This document shows, one piece after another, positions 28,430-35,742 of a stretch of DNA of 43,940 bases. This DNA is from a virus. Taxonomy: Duplodnaviria; Heunggongvirae; Uroviricota; Caudoviricetes. Position 1 is the first letter of the stretch. Each line of letters opens with the position of its first letter. The stretch is taken from positions 1 to 43,940 of the IMG/VR virus record IMGVR_UViG_3300009826_000019, one strand, 5' to 3'. A model generated the notes under the pieces. That model worked only from the letters and a program-made list of their open reading frames with translations, was not told where the DNA came from and ran no database searches. The position numbers were made by a program, and so were the translations under genes.

Positions 28430-29200
28430 ATGATATGGAGTATAGAAAATAGAAAAGGTCAAGACCACCTCGTGGTAAAATATTGGTCAACTAATGATCT
28501 CATTAGAGACCAAATAATACCATTGGAATTTGATATTAATGGTAAAGGAATAATATCAGGAATGGTTGGAGATAAATTGGTAACATTCCAAATATCAATT
28601 GTACCCGTACCCGGCGGAAGTATTGAAGATCAATTAATGTTTTACAAAGACGGAGATTGTTTCGATATGGTACACCATAATAAATTCCAATCAAGAACAC
28701 ATATCAAAGAAACTATACTAAATGTTCTCTTTGAACACGGATACGTTGACAGACAACCAATAATCGTAGCAAAAAGAAAACAATTCGGCGTAGCATCCGA
28801 CCACGCAGGATGTAGATACAAAAACCTAATCCTATCATATCTACAAGATAAACATTATAACATAACAGACTACGGTACATTCACAGAAGACTCCTGCGAC
28901 TATCCCGACTTCGCTAAACCATTAGTAGAAGACATACTAATAAAAAAAATAGACGTAGGATTCACAGTATGTACAACCGGAAACGGTATGAACATGGTAG
29001 CAAATAGACACAAAAATATACGTAGTGCAATATGTTGGAACGTAGAAACAGCACACCTCGCAAGAGCACATAATAACGCAAACGTATGCTCAATACCCGC
29101 AAAATTCGTAAATATAGACGAACTATATACCATAATAAATACATTCCTCAATACAGAATTTGAAGGTGGAAGACACCTAAATAGAATAAATAAATTTTAA
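28430..29200 (+). CDS. rpiB: Ribose-5-phosphate isomerase B fused to an unknown N-terminal domain
   Basis: C-terminal ~140 aa: VASDHAG, DSCDYPDF, CTTGNG, ARAHNNAN, FEGGRHLNR. Confidence 0.88.
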   Translation: MIWSIENRKGQDHLVVKYWSTNDLIRDQIIPLEFDINGKGIISGMVGDKLVTFQISIVPVPGGSIEDQLMFYKDGDCFDMVHHNKFQSRTHIKETILNVLFEHGYVDRQPIIVAKRKQFGVASDHAGCRYKNLILSYLQDKHYNITDYGTFTEDSCDYPDFAKPLVEDILIKKIDVGFTVCTTGNGMNMVANRHKNIRSAICWNVETAHLARAHNNANVCSIPAKFVNIDELYTIINTFLNTEFEGGRHLNRINKF

Positions 29201-29205
29201 AAAAC

Positions 29206-29439
29206 ATGAAACCAATAGAAAAATATAAAGAACACCAATTAGAAAAATACTGTGGCGGAGGTCCAAAAGAACTCCAAGAACTCAAAACACAAGCGTTCTT
29301 AAACGGCTGGGAAGCAAGAAAAATTGAAGTAATATACCTCGTTTCATACCTGAAACTAATGTACGCCGCAAACCCACACCCCGATATAATGCAAACTGTT
29401 AGTGATATAATAGATAAATATGATAGCGAAATACTCTAA
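29206..29439 (+). CDS. Hypothetical protein
   Basis: Operon ORF. Confidence 0.6.
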   Translation: MKPIEKYKEHQLEKYCGGGPKELQELKTQAFLNGWEARKIEVIYLVSYLKLMYAANPHPDIMQTVSDIIDKYDSEIL

Positions 29440-29440
29440 A

Positions 29441-30001
29441 ATGACAGATAACGATATAGCACAAGAAATAATCGCAGGTAATACATACCTGAGAAATGTT
29501 CTCGTGAAACGCCACCAAAATAAGGTGTACGCTTATATCAATTCTATCGTGTATAACAAAGAAGACGCACAAGACCTAACACAAGAAACATTCGTCAAAG
29601 TCTTCCAAAATATACACATGTTCTCACAATCATATAAACTGACAACCTGGATATATACCATAGCAAGAAACCACGCTATCGACTTTAGACGATCAGCAAA
29701 AACACCAACAATATCAGTGGAAGACGCTCGAATTAACCTAGACGTATATATGACAGAATCACCCGAACATACACTAATAAGAGACGAAAGAAATAAAAAC
29801 CTTTGGGAAACAATAACAAAACTTCGTGACGTATACCAAACAATAATAGAATTAAGATATTATAAAGGATATACTTACAAAGAAATCGCACAAGAAATGA
29901 ATATCCCCGAAGGTACTGCTAAAGCATACGTGCACCAAGCACATAAAGCAATAAGAAAACTGTGGTTCCAAAGAAATAACCTAATACAACCAAAAAAATG
30001 A
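29441..30001 (+). CDS. ECF-type RNA polymerase sigma-70 factor
   Basis: Region 2 DAQDLTQETFVKVF...TWIYTIARNHAIDFRR; region 4 YKEIAQEMNIPEGTAKAYVHQA. Likely start ATG 29441 (track: 29420). Confidence 0.9.
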   Translation: MTDNDIAQEIIAGNTYLRNVLVKRHQNKVYAYINSIVYNKEDAQDLTQETFVKVFQNIHMFSQSYKLTTWIYTIARNHAIDFRRSAKTPTISVEDARINLDVYMTESPEHTLIRDERNKNLWETITKLRDVYQTIIELRYYKGYTYKEIAQEMNIPEGTAKAYVHQAHKAIRKLWFQRNNLIQPKK

Positions 30002-30150
30002 CCGAAACAGTATCACCAATATTTCTTGTTTGGTTCACACTAACCATTGCGTGGAATATCTATACAATAGTAAAAAATATAAACGAAATGGAAAATTTGG
30101 AAAAACAAAATAGAGAATGTAAATTTAAAAAATATAATGTTTATCCTTAA
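29998..30150 (+). CDS. Small membrane peptide, 50 aa (MTETVSPIFLVWFTLTIAW...)
   Basis: ATGA-coupled to the sigma gene; not in the track. Confidence 0.5.
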   Translation: MTETVSPIFLVWFTLTIAWNIYTIVKNINEMENLEKQNRECKFKKYNVYP

Positions 30151-30161
30151 ATAAAAATAAT

Positions 30162-30569
30162 ATGTCAGATTTAACAAAAAGACACCTAGAAACAATATCA
30201 CTCGTAGTAATACTATTTGGAACAGGTCTCTTCCTCACAAGTTGCTGCGGCGAAACCGAACCAACCCAAATAAACTTTTGGACAGGTTGGACAAGTTTCG
30301 TAGGTCTACTCCTTACATGGACAGCATTTAGATTCAAATCCAAATGTAGAAAACACTACCGAGACATTAATACAATGGGAATGAAAGTACATCATATCAT
30401 TTGGATAGCATGTGGATATGTATGGGTATTCGGAATGATATTCGGTGCTATAATGTGGATTGTAATTGGAATTAATCTACTTGACGATTGGGAACTCGAT
30501 GAAAAAGCATACCCACGTACAAAAAAATTCTTCCGCTGGTTAGGAAATATCCTCAATAAAAAAATCTAA
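30162..30569 (+). CDS. Three-TM membrane protein
   Basis: Three hydrophobic segments. Confidence 0.65.
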   Translation: MSDLTKRHLETISLVVILFGTGLFLTSCCGETEPTQINFWTGWTSFVGLLLTWTAFRFKSKCRKHYRDINTMGMKVHHIIWIACGYVWVFGMIFGAIMWIVIGINLLDDWELDEKAYPRTKKFFRWLGNILNKKI

Positions 30570-30575
30570 AATAAA

Positions 30576-31151
30576 ATGACAAAAAAACAATTTGGGCAAA
30601 AGAAATTTTATACTATCGTCTCATGGGGCGGCGAAACATACGACTTCGGACTACAATCCGTAGACATGGTAAATGCACGTATCGGTAGATTTGCAAAAGA
30701 AAAAGCAAATATCAAAATGTGGAAATCAACCAACAAAAAAGGATATCTCCACGAACTTGAATATCTACACAAAGAAGGTATTATGACCAAAATGTACCCC
30801 TCATTCCCCCAAATTGATAAATATATATACGGTCCCCTGGCGCAATGGTCAGCGCAGGTCACTCATAATGACAAGGTTTCAGGTTCGAGTCCTGAGGGGA
30901 CCACAATCGAACTTACTATTGGTCAAGAACTCATGAACGAATTTTATGATAGTGGGAATAATGGACTCATACCGAATATACACAAATTTGCTGAATTTTA
31001 TGATAATAAAATCTTGAATACTGACTACGTTCTCGAATTAGTACGATACTATATGAAAAAAAAATACCACCCGCATTGTACACTAATAGCAAACCAAAAC
31101 GTGGTGGAAATCCTTGAAGGTATAAAAACCAATGTGAAAAAAGAAGATTAA
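30576..31151 (+). CDS. Hypothetical protein whose reading frame runs through a tRNA gene
   Basis: 191-aa ORF; codons 86-110 coincide with the tRNA. Confidence 0.55.
   Translation: MTKKQFGQKKFYTIVSWGGETYDFGLQSVDMVNARIGRFAKEKANIKMWKSTNKKGYLHELEYLHKEGIMTKMYPSFPQIDKYIYGPLAQWSAQVTHNDKVSGSSPEGTTIELTIGQELMNEFYDSGNNGLIPNIHKFAEFYDNKILNTDYVLELVRYYMKKKYHPHCTLIANQNVVEILEGIKTNVKKED
30831..30903 (+). tRNA. tRNA with CAT anticodon, Ile2(lysidine)-like; elongator Met not excluded
   Basis: GGTCCCC/GGGGACC acceptor stem, GCGC/GCGC D stem, GTCA-CTCATAA-TGAC anticodon arm (G27.A43 mismatch), TCAGG-TTCGAGT-CCTGA T arm, A73, no encoded CCA. G1:C72 rules out initiator; C4:G69 and C5:G68 as in TilS substrates. Confidence 0.9.
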
Positions 31152-31606
31152 CCCTTCAACTTTTCCTTGAAAGAAATACCAACAGCAATAACCTCTTTTA
31201 TCAAAGTCTCAACGTCAGAAGCCTCAACAATCTTGTTGAATATCTCCGTGTCGTCAGCCAACGCCAAATCCTGATTGCGACTGTACTTGTAAGCAATACC
31301 ACCTATCAATGTGACACGAGCACTATAAGTTATAATACTATCATCAATGTCATTCTGAATATTCTCTTCCTTCGTGACAACAATCCTTAAACTCCGAACA
31401 ACCGCCTTAAACTCCGCCCTACCAAAACCGGAATCAAATAACCCAACATGATAACTGTTAATTGTAACGGGTGTCAATAATTCTCTGAAAAACAACATGT
31501 TATTCATACCGTCAATGGTATATTCGTCATAATTTCCTTTCTTAATGATATTGAGGATATTATGTTTATCGTCTTGGGTTAATGGTATGTTTTTTCTTAT
31601 TTTCAT
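31148..31606 (-). CDS. Hypothetical protein
   Basis: 152-aa ORF converging on the plus operon; the two stops share TTAA. Confidence 0.7.
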   Translation of the reverse strand: MKIRKNIPLTQDDKHNILNIIKKGNYDEYTIDGMNNMLFFRELLTPVTINSYHVGLFDSGFGRAEFKAVVRSLRIVVTKEENIQNDIDDSIITYSARVTLIGGIAYKYSRNQDLALADDTEIFNKIVEASDVETLIKEVIAVGISFKEKLKG

Positions 31607-31621
31607 GATATTTAATTTATA

Positions 31622-31629
31622 TATAAATA
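31622..31629 (-). promoter_or_regulatory. TATTTATA, candidate late-promoter box
   Basis: 15 nt upstream of ATG 31606 on the minus strand. Confidence 0.3.
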
Positions 31630-31720
31630 TAATGGGGGATTGTTTTTTGGAAAATAGTCAAAATTTTTTTCCGGAATTTTTTTGAGGCGGCATACATGGT
31701 AATGCGTTTGCCCTATGAAA

Positions 31721-31790
31721 CCCCCCCTCACCCCCTACCCCCTCCCTACGGGGTCCGTGGTGGGTGGGTACTCTCTCCCCTCCTCCCCAT
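31721..31790. other. C-tract / G-quadruplex-forming sequence
   Basis: C7-TCA-C5-TA-C5-T-C3 (31721-31746); the minus strand reads G3-A-G5-TA-G5-TGA-G7. Further G/C tracts run to 31790. Confidence 0.65.
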
Positions 31791-31886
31791 ATTGTTAAAA
31801 TATGTTAAAAAAGGGGAGGGTTTTTAACCCTCCAAATCCATTATGAAGTCTACAATGTCTCTGTACTTTTTGGGTGGGTACTCTCT
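31761..31886. repeat. 16-bp exact direct repeat TGGGTGGGTACTCTCT
   Basis: Copies at 31761-31776 (intergenic) and 31871-31886 (inside the 57-aa gene). Confidence 0.85.
31807..31833 (-). terminator. Intrinsic terminator overlapping the stop codon
   Basis: GGAGGGTT/AACCCTCC stem plus a U-run on the minus strand. Confidence 0.65.
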
Positions 31887-31997
31887 GAAAAAGGCTACCC
31901 TTGTGTCCCTACATTGCAACGCTCTGTAAAGTCTACCATAACTACCTTTTGAGGAGGCTAAACTTTTTATACCATTCATTATTTGCTCTTGTGTCAT
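31824..31997 (-). CDS. Small hypothetical protein, 57 aa (MTQEQIMNGIKSLASSKGSYGRLYRAL...DIVDFIMDLEG)
   Basis: Has its own promoter element upstream and terminator downstream; below the track cutoff. Confidence 0.75.
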   Translation of the reverse strand: MTQEQIMNGIKSLASSKGSYGRLYRALQCRDTRVAFFREYPPKKYRDIVDFIMDLEG

Positions 31998-32070
31998 TGT
32001 ATTATTATTTTATTGTTATACTATTTAATATAATATTTTCATGTTAATCCGATCTAGTTCATATATGGAT

Positions 32071-32092
32071 AAAAAAAAGGGGCTTTTGCCCC
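32071..32092 (-). terminator. Intrinsic terminator
   Basis: GGGGC-TTTT-GCCCC with an A8 tract on plus (U-run on minus). Confidence 0.75.
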
Positions 32093-32097
32093 GTTTT

Positions 32098-32313
32098 TTA
32101 TTCGTCTTCGCTTTCGTTGATAATTCCCATATCTGTTAATACAGACCTTAACGCTTCGCTATAAATATCGCTCTCTGCAATGTAGTCAATTAGACCTTGG
32201 GCGATATTTGCCACTGTGCTTTCGTCTATTGTTGTGGTTGCTTCGAGTTCGTTGTCTTCAATCCAACCCTCAACGTCGTTTTGGTTAATGCTTAATATTT
32301 CGTAAGTATTCAT
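32098..32313 (-). CDS. Very acidic small protein
   Basis: 18 D/E vs 1 R in 71 aa; has its own promoter element. Confidence 0.8.
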   Translation of the reverse strand: MNTYEILSINQNDVEGWIEDNELEATTTIDESTVANIAQGLIDYIAESDIYSEALRSVLTDMGIINESEDE

Positions 32314-32361
32314 TTTGTTTTAATTTTTTGATTCTTATACTTTTAATATAATATTTTCATA

Positions 32362-32631
32362 CTATTCCGATGTTATTCTCAAATCCATTATCAAACCGAT
32401 TTCCGCTTCTAATTCAGTTTCCAAAACTCCCATTTCGTCACCCAAATTTTTAAATACTTTTTTCAGTTCTCCGTATATTAGATATTTTTCGTCATAGTTG
32501 AAAAAATCAATTTCTTTGTGTTGCGAGTCATAAATACCCATATTTGATTTAAACAACTTATCTACAATCATTTTTTGATATTCAAGCACTATTAAATTTA
32601 ATGCTACTGTTTTGGCTACTTTGTTTGTCAT
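32362..32631 (-). CDS. Hypothetical protein
   Basis: Its last codons (TSE*) are encoded by the next promoter element. Confidence 0.7.
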   Translation of the reverse strand: MTNKVAKTVALNLIVLEYQKMIVDKLFKSNMGIYDSQHKEIDFFNYDEKYLIYGELKKVFKNLGDEMGVLETELEAEIGLIMDLRITSE

Positions 32632-32635
32632 GGTT

Positions 32636-32761
32636 TTATATTTTTTTATATAGTTTAAATTTGATTATTAAAAAGAGAAAAATAATGCTGAATAAAAGAA
32701 GTTTGTTGAAAAAGATTACTCCCAAACCTACCGCTAAACCTACTAATAATATTGTTTTCAT
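32636..32761 (-). CDS. Hydrophobic peptide, 41 aa (MKTILLVGLAVGLGVIFFNKLLLFSIIFLFLIIK...)
   Basis: First ORF after element 32817; not in the track. Confidence 0.55.
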   Translation of the reverse strand: MKTILLVGLAVGLGVIFFNKLLLFSIIFLFLIIKFKLYKKI

Positions 32762-32967
32762 ATTGATTGATTTTATTGATTATAATATTAAATATAATAT
32801 TTGTATGGTATTCCGATGCTTGTATACTCTTGTATGTTATTAAATGTTAAAATATGTTAAAATGTATTTTTGTACTATTTTAACATTTTATAGAAATACC
32901 ATGTTGCATCGGATTAGAATAATATTTTTATATTAGATAGTATAATAATCATTAAAAATATAAAGAC

Positions 32968-33186
32968 ATGGCAAAGCGCAAATTAAAAAGGGGTAGTGAG
33001 TTGAACGGTAGGTATAATCTACGAGGTAACGGTGACTATATGTTGGTACAGTATTACGAGGGGATTGACAGTTACTATTGCATAATCAATAGTGAGGCGG
33101 GGTTACAAGTGGGATTGAGTTTAGCACAACTTCGCAGACTTATCAAAGAACACTGCACCGACCCCCAAGCATTAAACCTCTTTTAA
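32968..33186 (+). CDS. Hypothetical cassette protein
   Basis: Element 32908 upstream, terminator downstream. Confidence 0.75.
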   Translation: MAKRKLKRGSELNGRYNLRGNGDYMLVQYYEGIDSYYCIINSEAGLQVGLSLAQLRRLIKEHCTDPQALNLF

Positions 33187-33198
33187 GAGGTTTTTTTT
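33174..33198 (+). terminator. Intrinsic terminator
   Basis: AAACCTCTT/AAGAGGTTT plus T-run. Confidence 0.7.
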
Positions 33199-33285
33199 CA
33201 AGTTTAAGACGAGATCGGATTAACATGGTAGGTTTATATTAAAAGTAAATAAAGGTTTAACAATAACAATTAAAAAGATAATATT

Positions 33286-33447
33286 ATGGCAAAGCGAATT
33301 TTTAAAAACGCCAACATAAGTATTATTGGTTGGCAAACAACGGAGGGATTTTTCCTCAGGGCATACGAAGACGCTACTTTCAAGGAAATGAGCGTTTGCG
33401 ACCCAAACATAACAGAGCGTGGTAACTTTTTTCAGAGGTGGTTTTAG
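33286..33447 (+). CDS. Small cassette protein, 53 aa (MAKRIFKNANISIIGWQTTEG...)
   Basis: Element 33214 upstream, terminator downstream; not in the track. Confidence 0.65.
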   Translation: MAKRIFKNANISIIGWQTTEGFFLRAYEDATFKEMSVCDPNITERGNFFQRWF

Positions 33448-33462
33448 TACCACCTTTTTTTT
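33436..33462 (+). terminator. Intrinsic terminator
   Basis: AGGTGGT/ACCACCT plus T-run. Confidence 0.75.
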
Positions 33463-33468
33463 ATATAA

Positions 33469-33482
33469 TACTCAAATGAGTA
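33469..33482. repeat. Palindrome TACTCAAATGAGTA, copy 1
   Basis: 1 nt before the GCATCGG element. Confidence 0.9.
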
Positions 33483-33553
33483 AGCATCGGATTAACACAC
33501 AAAGTTTATATTAGAGGTATAATCAAAAGTAATAATCTAAAAATAATAAAAAG

Positions 33554-33808
33554 ATGCACGTAGTAGAATTTAAAAGAACCATTAACATAGTTAATGCCGA
33601 CACAAAAGAAAACGATATGGACATTGAAAAATGGACAGCAAACGAAAACAATATCTACGGATATGTTGCAAAGGACAAAAAAGGAAACATTGTCGGCACG
33701 AAGTTCTTTATGGAACACGTAAAAATTAACGAAGTTGCAATGCACTTTCGCAGAGACATTCGACAAGGCAAAGTCAAAGGCACAACATTCAATCGTTGGG
33801 CAGCGTAA
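33554..33808 (+). CDS. Hypothetical cassette protein
   Basis: Element 33486 upstream. Confidence 0.75.
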   Translation: MHVVEFKRTINIVNADTKENDMDIEKWTANENNIYGYVAKDKKGNIVGTKFFMEHVKINEVAMHFRRDIRQGKVKGTTFNRWAA

Positions 33809-33815
33809 CAAAAAC

Positions 33816-33845
33816 AAAGGGGTCTAAAAAGACCCTTTTTTTTTT
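33816..33845 (+). terminator. Intrinsic terminator
   Basis: GGGTCT/AGACCC plus T10. Confidence 0.75.
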
Positions 33846-33929
33846 CTTTAATATTATTTGCATAGCATCGGAATAACATATAAATATTATATTTAAAGTA
33901 TAATCAATAATCTTTAAAACAATAATAAA

Positions 33930-34373
33930 ATGAATATGTTAAATACGGATGGATTTTACGGACACTTGCTTTTGGGTGTACAAACACGACACAGTATTGA
34001 GGTACAAAAAAATGTACGTGATATAGTTAATCTTGCAATAGAAAGCAACGAAAGACGTTACAAAAGTGTAGAAGAGTATCTTCAACAATTTGAAGACATA
34101 TACGAATATTTGAACGTGGAAAATATACAAGCGTTCAGAAACAACCTAAACAATTTTCACTTTTGCGTGGTTGAAAACAAAATTATTGTAATAACAAGTG
34201 AAAGCGTGGAATTTGAGGAAGACGGCGACTATATTGTATCCTTTGAGTTTATCATTGAGAGAGATATTTTAGACGGTACATTTACAGTAACAGCAGGAAC
34301 GGTACACAATCCACTGTTTGACGAAAAATGTGAAACTTTGATGCCTTGTATCCTTTGCCACATGAATATTTAA
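33930..34373 (+). CDS. Hypothetical cassette protein
   Basis: Element 33867 upstream. Confidence 0.75.
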   Translation: MNMLNTDGFYGHLLLGVQTRHSIEVQKNVRDIVNLAIESNERRYKSVEEYLQQFEDIYEYLNVENIQAFRNNLNNFHFCVVENKIIVITSESVEFEEDGDYIVSFEFIIERDILDGTFTVTAGTVHNPLFDEKCETLMPCILCHMNI

Positions 34374-34446
34374 AATTGGATTGATTGAAAGTAAAATAGC
34401 ACAAAAACGGTCTGTTGAGAAACACGCCGTTTTTCCTTTTTATATA

Positions 34447-34460
34447 TACTCAAATGAGTA
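34447..34460. repeat. Palindrome TACTCAAATGAGTA, copy 2
   Basis: 4 nt before the GCATCGG element. Confidence 0.9.
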
Positions 34461-34527
34461 CACTGCATCGGATAATGATATTAGAACTATATTAAGAGTA
34501 TATAATAACAATAATATTTTACTTACA

Positions 34528-34812
34528 ATGACAAAGAAGGAATATAAAACGTTGTATAACGCAATAGTTAATAAAATAGCACAAATTGACAAAGACATTG
34601 TTGAAGCCGCAGAACATAACCGTAGATGGAATAACAGTAGTTCGTTCCCTATGAACGCCTGTACAATAATGATTGATAGAGTGACAGTAACACACTATCG
34701 TAAAGTTTTTGAGTTGTTGGGATATACTGATATACCCGAACTTGATGCCGAAATTGAGGCACAAAAGGAAAGACTCGACTATTATCAAAGGTGGGGCAAA
34801 CTAATGGAGTAA
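34528..34812 (+). CDS. Hypothetical cassette protein (MTKKEYKTLYNAIV...)
   Basis: True start is likely ATG 34528, after element 34467. The track's TTG start at 34381 would read through the palindrome and promoter. Confidence 0.75.
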   Translation: MTKKEYKTLYNAIVNKIAQIDKDIVEAAEHNRRWNNSSSFPMNACTIMIDRVTVTHYRKVFELLGYTDIPELDAEIEAQKERLDYYQRWGKLME

Positions 34813-34866
34813 GCATCGGATAATGATATAAAAATTATATTTAGAATATAATTAAAATTAAATAAA

Positions 34867-35049
34867 ATGGTTAAGAAAAATTATCGTGTGATGTTAGATT
34901 GCAAAGACAAGGAACACGCAGAAGACCTTTTCAGAATATTTTCCGAATGTGTAACAAGGTGCATGGCGGTATATCTTTTGGAACAAACAGAAGTTTGCAC
35001 AGAGTGTGGAAACGAATTTACAGTAGTAAAAAATCATTATAAAAGTTAA
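34867..35049 (+). CDS. Small Cys-containing cassette protein
   Basis: Element 34815 upstream; CTEC motif. Confidence 0.65.
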   Translation: MVKKNYRVMLDCKDKEHAEDLFRIFSECVTRCMAVYLLEQTEVCTECGNEFTVVKNHYKS

Positions 35050-35053
35050 TAAA

Positions 35054-35182
35054 ATGGCAAAGACAATAAGACGTGAACGTGGTGAAAGTGAAAGGGATTT
35101 TTTGAGCAAAAAAAGACTTGTAATGAGTAAAAAAGGGGGCAAATATACCTTTTCATATACAGACGGTTCAGAATGGGAATGA
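35054..35182 (+). CDS. Small basic peptide, 42 aa (MAKTIRRERGESERDFLSKK...)
   Basis: 4 nt after the upstream stop, terminator downstream; not in the track. Confidence 0.5.
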   Translation: MAKTIRRERGESERDFLSKKRLVMSKKGGKYTFSYTDGSEWE

Positions 35183-35205
35183 TAGGGGTAAAACCCTATT
35201 TTTTT
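35182..35205 (+). terminator. Intrinsic terminator
   Basis: ATAGGG/CCCTAT plus T-run. Confidence 0.65.
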
Positions 35206-35276
35206 CTATCTACGAATTACATCGGAATAACATAAAAATATTATATTAACTAACATAACAATAAACATACAATAAA

Positions 35277-35483
35277 ATGGATATAGAGGAAATTTTAGAT
35301 GAGGTAAGAGACACGAAATATGTTTGTGAATATTGTCAAGGGGTAAATGTAATGCAACGCGGTTGGTTCGACCCCAACACTGGCGAGATATTTAGTAACG
35401 GACAAAACGACCGCCGAAGCGAAGGTTGGTGTAATGATTGTCAAAAAAATGTTTTCATAATTGAGAACTGTGCATCGGAATAA
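35277..35483 (+). CDS. Zinc-ribbon-like protein (CxxC...WCxxC)
   Basis: CEYC...WCNDC; its last codons (ASE*) lie inside element 35474. Confidence 0.75.
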   Translation: MDIEEILDEVRDTKYVCEYCQGVNVMQRGWFDPNTGEIFSNGQNDRRSEGWCNDCQKNVFIIENCASE

Positions 35484-35505
35484 CATATAAATATTATATT
35501 TAAAG

Positions 35506-35670
35506 CATAAGTAACAAGGTAAGGTTCGGACAATAGTTTGACCGTTTGAGTTGAATAATAAAACTTTCAAAGTAAGGGACTTTTAGACTAATAAAACTTT
35601 TTAAGTAAGGTTTAACACAAAAGCGAAAACGAGTTGTATTAAATTGAATAATAAAACCTTGTTACTTTTT
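35506..35670 (+). ncRNA. Candidate structured small RNA in an ORF-less cassette
   Basis: No ATG between 35501 and 35686. 12-bp terminal stem AAGTAACAAGGT(35509-20)/ACCTTGTTACTT(35656-67) followed by a T-run; internal 22-nt repeat pair. Confidence 0.5.
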
Positions 35671-35742
35671 CATAAAACTTTGCTGTGCATCGGATTAACA
35701 TTCTAAAATTATATTTAGAATATAATCAATAATATCAGTAAA

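Noticed and set aside
30831-30903. tRNA as an attP integration site, or as initiator tRNA
   Set aside because: It is a full-length gene with no integrase nearby; G1:C72 pairing and absence of three G:C pairs in the anticodon stem argue against tRNA-fMet.
31793-32888. dif/Xer site (TATGTTAAA resembles the XerD arm)
   Set aside because: No XerC-like arm at 6-bp spacing; the word is part of the multi-copy TGTTAAAATA family.
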